Source: Nitrospirota bacterium
GTDB taxonomy: Bacteria; Nitrospirota; UBA9217
Direction: 5' to 3'
Length of the DNA stretch: 64,000 nt
Assembly (NCBI GenBank): GCA_963754875.1
Contig: CAVWHO010000020.1
Span: 256,001-320,000, forward strand
Below the pieces are notes generated by a model. The model ran no database searches. It had not been told where the DNA came from and was given only the letters and a program-made list of their open reading frames with translations. Below, one piece after another: positions 42,836-51,602 of the stretch. The position numbers and the translations under genes were made by a program. Position 1 is the first letter of the stretch, and each line of letters begins with the position of its first letter.

Positions 42836-45469
42836 ATGGAAGTCATCACCAGTCATACAAACGCGGATTTTGACGCTCTGGCCTCCATGGTCGCAGCGAA
42901 GAAACTCTATCCTGATGCGAAGCTGGTGTTTCCCGGTTCCCAGGAAAAGAGCATGCGGGATTTTTTTCTCGAATCGGCGTTTTATGCGCTTGAGGTCGAG
43001 CGTTTAAAAAACATCGACGTGGACAGCATCACACGGCTCATCATTGTCGATAACCGCAATCCTGCGCGGCTCGGCAAGCTTGCCCTCGCGCTGCCGCATC
43101 CCGGCGTTTCCGTGCATATTTACGATCATCACCCACAAGCGGAAGGCGACATCAGAGGCGAGAAGGAAGTCGTTGAGCAGGTCGGCGCCACAACCACGAT
43201 CATGGTTGAGCTCCTCAGGCAGAAGGGGGTCCCGATCAGTCCGCTCGATGCAACGATCTTCGCGCTCGGCATCTATGAGGAGACAGGCTCACTCACCTTC
43301 GTATCGACTACGGAGCGAGATGCACAGGCCGTGGCATATCTCATCTCGCAGGGCGCCCAGCTGAATATCATCGCCGACTTCCTCTCCCGGGAGCTTACCA
43401 CCGAGCAGATTGCGGTCCTGAATAATCTCATAGAATCGGCGAAAAGCTATGATATCAACGGTGTCCGCGTGGTCATTTCCGCGACGTCGATTCCACGCTT
43501 CCTCCCGGATCTTGCCAACTTGGCGCACAAGATCAGGGAGATGGAAAGCCTGGACGTGCTCTTCCTCGTCGTCCAGATGGGCGACAAGACGCACGTCATT
43601 GGTCGCTGCAGGATCCCTCAGGTGAACGCTGGAGTCGTGCTCGAAGAGCTGGGCGGCGGCGGGCACGCCACTGCTGCATCGGCCGTGGTCAAGGACATGA
43701 CCTACCTTCAGACCCGGGAGCGCCTCATCGACCTATTGAAGCAACATATCAAGCCGGGCCCCACGACAAGCGAGATCATGACTTCGCCGGTCAAGACCAT
43801 CCCTTCCGGCAGCACCATCGCCGAAGCCGGAGAGGCCATGACACGGTTCAGTATTAACGCGATGCCGGTTTTGCGCGACGAAGCGTACCAGGGGATCATT
43901 ACGCGCGAAATCGTGCAGAAGGCCCTTTTTCACGGCTTGGGCAAACAAAAGGTCGAGGAGTTCATGACGACCGGCGGCCCGGTCGCAAGCCCGGACATGC
44001 CCATGAGCCAGGTGGAACGGATCATGATTGAGGAACACCAGCGCTTCATCCCGGTCCTTGACGAGGGAGGTGCGCTCGTAGGTGCGATCACCCGCACGGA
44101 CCTTCTTCGCTCCCTGCACGAGGAGCGGCTCGCGGACATCCGCGAGTCCGAAGAAGCGGCGCCCCGTTCCATCAGGCACGTGAAAGGGCTGATCGAAGAG
44201 CGCGTGCCCCCCGAGGTGCGCGAGGCCCTCCAACTCGTTGGTGACGTGGCTGATTCGAGCGGCTTCCCGGTTTATCTCGTCGGAGGCATCGTACGCGATC
44301 TGTTTCTTCGGGTCCCGAACCTCGACGTCGACATTGTGGTTGAAGGCGACGGCATCACCTTTGCCGGCATGCTCGTGAAGCAGGCAGGTGGACGCATGAA
44401 GACCCATCAAAAATTCGGTACTGCAGTCGTGGTCCTCCCCAACGGACTGAAGATCGATATAGCCACAGCGCGGCTCGAATATTATGAATCACCGGCAGCG
44501 TTGCCCACGGTGGAGCTGTCATCCATCAAAAAAGACCTTTACCGCCGGGACTTTACGGTCAACACGCTTGCTGTGCGCCTCAACAGCATGAGGTACGGCG
44601 AACTGATCGACTTTTTCGGCGGCCTGCGGGATATCAAGGACAAGACCATCCGGGTGCTGCACAGCCTCTCCTTCGTCGAGGATCCCACCCGCGTGCTGCG
44701 GGCCATCCGTTTCGAGCAGCGGTTTGATTTTCATCTGAACAAACACACCCAGAACCTGATCAAGACCGCCGTGAACATGAAACTGTTCAACCGGCTGACA
44801 GGCGAGCGGATCTATACGGAACTCGTACTGATGTTCTCCGAGGCCGAGCCGCTGAAAGTCCTGAAGCGCATGAAGGACTTTGACCTTTTGAAGTTCATTC
44901 ACCCGGGTTTGAAAGGGACGGCGGAGCTCGAACGGCTCTTCACGAACATCGGCGAGACACTCACGTGGTTCAGATTGCTCTATCTCCAGCTGAAGGCGGA
45001 AAAATGGTTTGTTTATTTTCTCGGATTTTTCGATCGGATGAAGGACTCCGCGGCAGAGGAGGCGCTGGAGCGGCTTGCGGTCCCCACCCGGATCAGGGCG
45101 CGCATGCTCCATGCACGCGTGCGCTCCCGCGAGGTGCTCTATGTGTTCTACAAGGAACAGGAGCTTTCGTCGAGCCGCATTTACGACCTGCTGTCACCGT
45201 TGGACGTTGAGTCCATTCTCCTTATGATGGCAAAGGCGAAGAAGGAGACAGCAAGGAAGTATATCTCGCTCTACCTCACCCACCTTCGTAATGTCAAGGT
45301 GACGGTGACCGGAGATGACCTCAAAAAAATGGGCATCCCGCCGGGGCCGAGGTATAAAAAGATCCTTGTTGAACTTCTCGATGCAAAACTGGACGGAGCA
45401 GTCAAAAACCGTGAGGATGAGCTGGAGTTCGTAAGGCGTAAGGCGAATAACGACAGCCGAAAAAATTAA
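42836..45469 (+). CDS. DHH-CBS-tRNA nucleotidyltransferase (CCA/A-adding, poly(A) polymerase family)
   Basis: H..ADFD, YDHH, GGGGH, CBS pair, VGG.VRD, DVDIV, RRDFTVN, EDPTR..RA.RF. Confidence 0.9.
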   Translation: MEVITSHTNADFDALASMVAAKKLYPDAKLVFPGSQEKSMRDFFLESAFYALEVERLKNIDVDSITRLIIVDNRNPARLGKLALALPHPGVSVHIYDHHPQAEGDIRGEKEVVEQVGATTTIMVELLRQKGVPISPLDATIFALGIYEETGSLTFVSTTERDAQAVAYLISQGAQLNIIADFLSRELTTEQIAVLNNLIESAKSYDINGVRVVISATSIPRFLPDLANLAHKIREMESLDVLFLVVQMGDKTHVIGRCRIPQVNAGVVLEELGGGGHATAASAVVKDMTYLQTRERLIDLLKQHIKPGPTTSEIMTSPVKTIPSGSTIAEAGEAMTRFSINAMPVLRDEAYQGIITREIVQKALFHGLGKQKVEEFMTTGGPVASPDMPMSQVERIMIEEHQRFIPVLDEGGALVGAITRTDLLRSLHEERLADIRESEEAAPRSIRHVKGLIEERVPPEVREALQLVGDVADSSGFPVYLVGGIVRDLFLRVPNLDVDIVVEGDGITFAGMLVKQAGGRMKTHQKFGTAVVVLPNGLKIDIATARLEYYESPAALPTVELSSIKKDLYRRDFTVNTLAVRLNSMRYGELIDFFGGLRDIKDKTIRVLHSLSFVEDPTRVLRAIRFEQRFDFHLNKHTQNLIKTAVNMKLFNRLTGERIYTELVLMFSEAEPLKVLKRMKDFDLLKFIHPGLKGTAELERLFTNIGETLTWFRLLYLQLKAEKWFVYFLGFFDRMKDSAAEEALERLAVPTRIRARMLHARVRSREVLYVFYKEQELSSSRIYDLLSPLDVESILLMMAKAKKETARKYISLYLTHLRNVKVTVTGDDLKKMGIPPGPRYKKILVELLDAKLDGAVKNREDELEFVRRKANNDSRKN

Positions 45470-45799
45470 TGCAGTAATTGCACGGCTAAAATCATTCCCA
45501 CCAAACCTTGTTGATTTAAGGAGGAGGGGTGCTTATAGCCCGCGAACACATCGTACGCAAGCCCATGTCTGCAAGCGGGGACTCACAGGATAGGAGCTGG
45601 ACGAATAACTGTGCTTTCCCCCGGACTATCCTTATGAAGGGTGAACTGAAAGACTCTTCAGGTGTCGCAAACTACAGATTCCTGTCTGGGACCCTTGATA
45701 CAAGGCGCGATACATAGAGAAAGATCGTAAATGTTCCCGTCACGACGATACCCGGAATACATTTTCACGGTTCTCCGAAACTCCTTGAAGGAAAACCCC

Positions 45800-45827
45800 T
45801 TGCAACTGTCCGCAAAAACGGTATAAT
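45800..45827 (+). promoter_or_regulatory. Sigma70 promoter ahead of a ~260-nt leader
   Basis: TTGCAA-16 bp-TATAAT. Confidence 0.6.
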
Positions 45828-46096
45828 GTTAATATAAATTACTATCGGGGCAAGGCTCTCCTGTGTTTCGGAACGGGATGTCGTTTGCGCCTGATCATCG
45901 ATCACTGACTCTTCCTGCTCTCACCTTTTCTGCCTAAAAAAGCGACAGCATAGCTGGTTGGCGAACGATGTGGCTTTGCGGACACCCACTCGAGTCCGTG
46001 CCTTCTATTCGGGGAGGCGGCGCGATTGCGGAGAAGACGTAACGTGCTGTGCGGCATTGACCGTCGGCGCGAACTTTAAATCACGGAGGAGGCAAC

Positions 46097-46432
46097 ATGG
46101 CGAAGAAGCTTTATGTCGGGAATTTGTCGTATAACACCCACGAAGAGGATTTGCGGGAGGCATTCTCGAAGATCGGCGAGGTACTGTCCGCTACACTGAT
46201 CGTCGATCAAACGAACGGCAGGTCCAAGGGGTTCGGTTTTGTGGAGATGGCGTCGGATGAGGACGCGGAAAAGGCGATCTCTACCATGAATGGTACATCA
46301 TTTATGGATCGGACGATCACGGTAAATGAGGCCCGGCCGAAGACGGAGGGTGGGCGCTCGGGTTCCGGCGGTGGCGGTAGAGGTGGTCGCGGCGGATACG
46401 GCGGTGGCGGAGGAGGAAGATCGTGGAGGTAA
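46097..46432 (+). CDS. RRM RNA-binding protein with Gly-rich tail
   Basis: RNP2 LYVGNL, RNP1 KGFGFVEM, RGG/G-rich C-terminus; GGAGG RBS. Confidence 0.93.
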   Translation: MAKKLYVGNLSYNTHEEDLREAFSKIGEVLSATLIVDQTNGRSKGFGFVEMASDEDAEKAISTMNGTSFMDRTITVNEARPKTEGGRSGSGGGGRGGRGGYGGGGGGRSWR

Positions 46433-46698
46433 GAGTCCAGTCCCAGAACATTGAAAAGGCCCTGCGGGATTTGAAGAAAAAACTTCAGCTTGACGGGGTA
46501 TTCGGGGACCTGAAGAATCGGCGCTTTTATGAAAAGCCCTCAGTGAAAAAGAAGAGGAAGCAGGCGGAGGCGCAGAAGCGAAAACGGAAGCTCCTTAAAC
46601 GCTCGCGTCCATCCGGATCGGGTCCTGGGGGTTCTGGGCCAAGGCCGGGAAGGCCGTCACAGTCACCCTCTGCATCGAATAACCAGGCCCGGACCTGA
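46423..46698 (+). CDS. rpsU: 30S ribosomal protein S21 with G/S/P-rich C-terminal extension
   Basis: IEKALR.LKKK....G...DLK.RRFYEKPS.KKKRK..EA. Confidence 0.85.
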   Translation: MEVRVQSQNIEKALRDLKKKLQLDGVFGDLKNRRFYEKPSVKKKRKQAEAQKRKRKLLKRSRPSGSGPGGSGPRPGRPSQSPSASNNQART

Positions 46699-46740
46699 AA
46701 AAATCAATTACTGAAGAGGGGCCATAGCAGTGGGATTGAA

Positions 46741-46774
46741 GCGGGCCGGCCCCCAGTTATCCGGCCCGCCTTTA
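46741..46774 (+). terminator. GC-rich hairpin after rpsU (weak U-tract)
   Basis: GCGGGCCGG...CCGGCCCGC followed by CTTTA. Confidence 0.4.
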
Positions 46775-46816
46775 TCAAGGTGCAGCTTTCGAAAATTCTT
46801 TCTGAGGAGGCATCCA

Positions 46817-46981
46817 GTGGGGAAACCAAATTTTAATTTCCAAAAGCGTCAGAAAGAACTCGCGAAACAAAAAAAGAACGAGGAAAAAAAGCAGCGCAAA
46901 CTTGATAAAAATGCTGTAAAGTCCGCTGAGGATCAGGGCAGACTGGTTGAAGGCGGAGAGGACAATACAAACCGCATTTGA
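46817..46981 (+). CDS. Small basic protein (54 aa)
   Basis: GAGGAGG RBS, GTG start, MGKPNFNFQKRQKELAKQKKNEEKKQRK. Confidence 0.65.
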   Translation: MGKPNFNFQKRQKELAKQKKNEEKKQRKLDKNAVKSAEDQGRLVEGGEDNTNRI

Positions 46982-47025
46982 CGTGGGAATAAGCAGAAAC
47001 TCTCGCAAGAGGGAGGTGATGAGGC

Positions 47026-47088
47026 ATGGCAGCTTCACGGCAAGGCGCAAAGAAGGAAGTAAAAAAACCGAAGAGCAAGAAGAAATAA
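47026..47088 (+). CDS. Putative 20-aa Lys-rich microprotein
   Basis: GGAGGTGA RBS; MAASRQGAKKEVKKPKSKKK. Confidence 0.5.
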   Translation: MAASRQGAKKEVKKPKSKKK

Positions 47089-47265
47089 TATTTTCATGAT
47101 TGATGAACGTATCATTGTCACGCCGGGAGGTCGTGTGCTCCAGCGTGTGGATCTCTCTCTCGTGAATATGCACGAACGGAACCTCGGGGTTGTCGCCTCG
47201 GATATCTAACCGGCATCCAGGTTAACCTCCTCGGGGTTTTCACCATGTTCATGGTGCAGATTAGC

Positions 47266-47406
47266 CTACGATGGTTTCTTGGGACTGCATTCCGTCTCCT
47301 TGCAGCCACACAGAGGATACCACTTCTTGAACCCGTAGTAGAAGGTAATAGCAGCATAGATGTAAATTGCTGCAGCGACGGCAACGATGATTAGAATAAT
47401 CGTCAT
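47266..47406 (-). CDS. Putative 46-aa single-pass membrane microprotein
   Basis: MTIILIIVAVAAAIYIYAAITFYYGFKKWYPLCGCKETECSPKKPS; AAAGGTG RBS. Confidence 0.5.
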   Translation of the reverse strand: MTIILIIVAVAAAIYIYAAITFYYGFKKWYPLCGCKETECSPKKPS

Positions 47407-47701
47407 ACCTGCACCTTTTAGCAACCCCCCCCAGATCAGATATAGTTCAAGAGATCTGCTTCTCCTTTTTTTAAAAAGTATACAGCAACTCTCTTAGACT
47501 AGCTCCTGAATCCGCGAAGAGCGCGGGGGGGAAATGCTAAAAAGAAATACTTTCCCGCTCACATTGTTGATGGTCGCGATTACCTGCTTGTCCTCCTGAC
47601 AATTCGTCAGTGGTTATTTCATCACGCATTCTTGCCGGCGCAAAGTACTGCGGATAGCTTCATAATTGAAAGCGGCCAGTCCGGACAAGGGAACTCTGTC
47701 C

Positions 47702-48049
47702 TTACCCTGGAGACTGTCCTGCTTCCAGTAGACTGATGATTGGTTCCTCAGGATGCGGAAGTCCGGCAATCTTCCAGGCAATGAGCGGGTTGAAGAACTT
47801 TTTAGCTACGCAGTCTTTCGGTTCATGGAGCTTTGTGCATATCGAATTCACGATAGGGAAGAAGTTGTATGCCTTGTAATGATCGCGGATGAATTTCAAT
47901 ATGGCAATGCTCTCAGCAGTAAGTTCCCCGACCTCTGCTTTTGCGGCCAGCTCACGCGCAACTCCCTCATCCCAGTCGTCAAAATTAACCAGATACCCCT
48001 CATCATCCATGGCTATCTTTTTTTTACTAGGTTGTTCCAGTACAGGCAT
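47702..48049 (-). CDS. DsrC/TusE-family protein lacking the C-terminal cysteines
   Basis: D.EGYL..FDDWDE.VA..LA, I.KFIRDHY, AWKIAGLP.P. Confidence 0.85.
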   Translation of the reverse strand: MPVLEQPSKKKIAMDDEGYLVNFDDWDEGVARELAAKAEVGELTAESIAILKFIRDHYKAYNFFPIVNSICTKLHEPKDCVAKKFFNPLIAWKIAGLPHPEEPIISLLEAGQSPG

Positions 48050-48271
48050 AAAAAAATCCTTTCTTACAACATAACACTCAACATCCACCTACAATCATTT
48101 TATATCCCGTTCCAGCAGTGGTCAAGTCGTGCTAAAGTCGTACAAAGGCCACATGCTCGCGGTTAGGATGTTAAAGATCAACAGCAACAAAGGTTGGCAG
48201 CAGTACTTCCGTTGCCAAAGAGGTTGCTGGTACTGCCGTTAGAACCCCTTAGCTTTGGCCATGGAGAGTGG

Positions 48272-49306
48272 TTAGGATTGCTTGTCGACTTCTTCGTACA
48301 CGAGGCGAGTGATATCGCGAATCACTTTCGACAAACGGTCGACATCATTGCCCTGCGCCATGACACCGAGGAGAAAAGGTCGGTTCGGGTGATAAATGAT
48401 ACCGACCTCGTGTAGTTGCTGGACTTCCTGCTGTTGTCCTTCCATCGATACAGATATTTTCCGTTCACCCTGTTTGCATGCTATCTCGATGTTTGGCGGA
48501 ACCCCCGCGGCCATTCCGTCCCGGAACGAGAGTTTGGAAAGATATCTGAGGGCTTTTTCGGACATCTCTTCGGAGAGATAGGATGCGTTATACAGGACAC
48601 GATAGAATGCCGCGAACGCGTTTAATGATAGGGAGTCTTCCTGTTTCTGAGGGTCGTATTCAACGTACAGGTCCTTGAAAATTTTATCAAGGCGTCCCGG
48701 TGGCAGATTTGCATATAACAAGGAGTACGCAGCGGCATCGTCGTGAACGATCATTCTAAAAATAAGGTCGTTGACCGTATAAGCTTTGCCGGGATCCAGG
48801 TCCTGCGAGTGGATGCCATTGTCCTGAGCTACTCCTTTCTCTTTGCCGTTATACAGCAGGGTTTTACGCAGAACCAGCGGGCTCGACTCTGCCCACTTGA
48901 AATAGGCGATCATGAGCGGCACTTTTAAAAGACTTTTCGGTGACAATTTGTCATGCGCCCTGATGCCGAAGGAGTTCCCGTTATTCAAGTCCCGAAAATA
49001 AACAGAGATGGTAGACGCCTCGCCGCTTTTCAACGTATTTTCGATCATCGCATTCACTTTGTACTGAAAAGGCTTCAGCTCTTTGGCTGATTGATGTTTT
49101 TCAGAACCATTCGATCTCACGGAGGCACGGATGAACCTGAATGTTCCTTCCTCACTCTCCGGGACAGCTTCGCCTTTGCTCGTTGAAGGAGGGGTAAATA
49201 CGCCAATCCCGGAACCTACGAATACACCGAACGCAAAGGTGGCGGCAAACAGAGTCAACAAAAGAGGCCACTGAAGCGATAGTTTTCTTCTTTCCAATTC
49301 ATTCAT
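48272..49306 (-). CDS. Class A beta-lactamase-like serine hydrolase with degenerate motifs
   Basis: N-terminal TM, ISVYFRDL, SLLK (SxxK), HDD in place of SDN, KQG in place of KTG, HEVGIIY. Confidence 0.75.
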   Translation of the reverse strand: MNELERRKLSLQWPLLLTLFAATFAFGVFVGSGIGVFTPPSTSKGEAVPESEEGTFRFIRASVRSNGSEKHQSAKELKPFQYKVNAMIENTLKSGEASTISVYFRDLNNGNSFGIRAHDKLSPKSLLKVPLMIAYFKWAESSPLVLRKTLLYNGKEKGVAQDNGIHSQDLDPGKAYTVNDLIFRMIVHDDAAAYSLLYANLPPGRLDKIFKDLYVEYDPQKQEDSLSLNAFAAFYRVLYNASYLSEEMSEKALRYLSKLSFRDGMAAGVPPNIEIACKQGERKISVSMEGQQQEVQQLHEVGIIYHPNRPFLLGVMAQGNDVDRLSKVIRDITRLVYEEVDKQS

Positions 49307-49881
49307 AATGTTTTTCCCGAAGCTGGCCGCTTCCGCGGGGAAGTTTCCTTTCGAACCAGGTTTCTTTTTTCCGGCTGGTTCACTTCCGGGGAAAGAATAA
49401 GCCGGGGAGGGATGTTTTGCGCCCCGAGTATCTCAGCCATCTGGTCCAGAGCCTGCGCGATGCTTTTCAGTCTGTTGGTGTCCAGTTTTTCAAGCCCGGA
49501 GACCAGGAGACCCTGGGCCACTTCCGGAGCTTTCTTTACTAATGCACGACCCTGCCCGGTCAATTCTACCCTAACCACACGGCGGTCCTTTGTCGAACGC
49601 AGCCTTATGACCAATCCCTGTTTTTCGAGGCGGTTAAGAATCCCCACCACAGTCGCAGGGTGAAGATACATGCGTCTGGCGATCTCAGAGACCATGATGG
49701 GAGCTTCCTGTGCTATAGTTTTGATTGCCCAGAGCTGGGGACCGGTGAGGCCTGTCTCACGCTCGGACTTCTTCGATTGCCCATTGACTACCTGAAAAAC
49801 CCGGCGCAGATTATCGATGATTTCCGCGACTGCGTCTGACCTCTTAGTCAAGAATAGAGCCTCCCATAATTGGCTTGACAA
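49303..49881 (-). CDS. MarR-family transcriptional regulator (true start may be about 30 nt downstream)
   Basis: GLTGPQLW, HPATVVGILNRLE..GLV.R, DRR, LT..G. Confidence 0.9.
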   Translation of the reverse strand: MSSQLWEALFLTKRSDAVAEIIDNLRRVFQVVNGQSKKSERETGLTGPQLWAIKTIAQEAPIMVSEIARRMYLHPATVVGILNRLEKQGLVIRLRSTKDRRVVRVELTGQGRALVKKAPEVAQGLLVSGLEKLDTNRLKSIAQALDQMAEILGAQNIPPRLILSPEVNQPEKRNLVRKETSPRKRPASGKTL

Positions 49882-50234
49882 AGCAGCAACAAAGTGCTAT
49901 TAGTTTGAATACAAATCATTGTACCATACAAGATGTGAAATGTAAAATAAAATGAAATTAAAGTGTTCGTTCGATTAAACAAAATGCAAGCCATGGTGTC
50001 AAAAGAAAGAGTACCGCGTGTTTAAAATAAAGCGAAGAAACAAAAGGAGCAAAACATGATAATGACAGGCTGACTATCTATTCTGTGGCGGATGACCCGG
50101 CTTCATTCTGTACTCGTATCGTCAGTAAAAGAAGGATTAGATTTATCTTGTGACTCATAACCGCATTAGTAAAACAGCAGTAAACGATATTAACGCTACT
50201 ACATCGAATGGTACATTCTAGGAGGAATAACTGT

Positions 50235-50789
50235 ATGAATCGCAAAAGCTTGCTGTATCTATCATTTATCTTACTTGTTGGCATTGTTACCTTGTGGGGT
50301 TGTCCGAAAAAAGCAGAAGTAACAACAACGCCCGAAGCGCAAACGGAAAAAGCGACACCGTCGGCGACCCCTGCTCCGTCGACAGAAGCTACAACAGCCG
50401 AAACAAAGGCTGAGATGAAAGCCGAAGGTTCGAATGAAAAGTCCGGCATAACGGCGGAAGGTCTCAAACCCGTTTATTTCGATTTTGACAAGTCCTTTAT
50501 CCGCGATGATGCAAAGGCCGTCATGAAGGCGAATGTCGAATGGCTCAAAGCGAACCCCAAAGCAAAGATCAGGATCGAGGGCAATTGTGACGAACGGGGC
50601 GCTGTCGAGTACAATCAGGCGCTCGGTCAGCGACGTGCATTGAGCGCAAAGAAGTATCTGGCCAATATGGGCATCTCGGAACACCGGATTTCGCTCCTCA
50701 GCTTCGGCAAGGAGAAGCCGATTTGCAGCGAACATGAGGAAACCTGCTGGCAGAAGAACCGGCGCGATGATTTCGTCGTGGGAGAATAA
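50235..50789 (+). CDS. pal: Peptidoglycan-associated lipoprotein
   Basis: Lipobox LWGC, VYFDFDKS, IEGNCDERG..EYN.ALG.RRA, SFGKEKP, NRR. Confidence 0.92.
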   Translation: MNRKSLLYLSFILLVGIVTLWGCPKKAEVTTTPEAQTEKATPSATPAPSTEATTAETKAEMKAEGSNEKSGITAEGLKPVYFDFDKSFIRDDAKAVMKANVEWLKANPKAKIRIEGNCDERGAVEYNQALGQRRALSAKKYLANMGISEHRISLLSFGKEKPICSEHEETCWQKNRRDDFVVGE

Positions 50790-51085
50790 GCACGCCCGCT
50801 GCCGGACGGTCTAAGTGAGGTTTCTGTAGTTTCTCTAATCGGAAACAGTCGTCGGGAGAGTTGCTGCCCTACTATACCGATCTTGCCGTCGCTCCGCTCG
50901 TTGTCGGTGTCATGCGATGAAAGCGGTAAAAGGAGACAGTCGCTTTTCCGAAAAAAACGCAAAAGACCACGAGACGATTCGACTTCGATCCGCCGAGACG
51001 CAAAGGCTATCGACGACAGGAAAAACGCCCTGCTTTATAAAATAGTTGCGCCGTAAAATAATGCCGTCAAACGGGAGGTGACGTA

Positions 51086-51418
51086 ATGAGCTATCTGGAT
51101 CTTGACGGTATGAAATGGGTCAAATTAAAAGCTGATTTGGAAACAGGACTCAAGGAGGGCATCGTGGCTCTCAAAAAGGGCGTCGTAGTAGTCAAAAAGA
51201 GAACGGGCGAATTGACGGAAGAAGGGAAGCGTCAATACAAACTGATGGCACTAAAGTCAAAATTGCATAATGGCTTTTCCGACCTTGGCGCGAGAGTGTA
51301 CTCACTGGCCGCTACAAAAGGCAGGAAAAATCTCGAAGCGGACGCCAAAGTGAAAGACATCATGGCACAGCTCAAGAGATATGACGCAGAGATAGTTTTC
51401 CTCGAAAGACGCAGCTAA
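51086..51418 (+). CDS. Hypothetical helical protein
   Basis: GGAGGTGA RBS, 110 aa, coiled-coil-like. Confidence 0.65.
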   Translation: MSYLDLDGMKWVKLKADLETGLKEGIVALKKGVVVVKKRTGELTEEGKRQYKLMALKSKLHNGFSDLGARVYSLAATKGRKNLEADAKVKDIMAQLKRYDAEIVFLERRS

Positions 51419-51602
51419 AATCATCCAAACGGGGGATCGGAAGCGCCGCTTGAATCCTCCCGGCTTGTTACAGATACATCACTGCTCACTTTGAGGGTGC
51501 CGGAGAATTGTATACTTTCGGCGCCCTTTCTTATTTAAGGTAAAGCGTCACACTCTGATGTGAGCCGGAAGAGAGGTATTAAATGAGCATAGGCAGTATA
51601 TT

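Noticed and set aside
45529..45717. 62-aa ORF after an AGGAGGAGG run
   Set aside because: The RBS is very close to the GTG and the peptide has no recognisable features; support is insufficient
51420..51602. Fluoride riboswitch upstream of the CLC gene
   Set aside because: No GGCGATGG...GCTGATGAC-type consensus found
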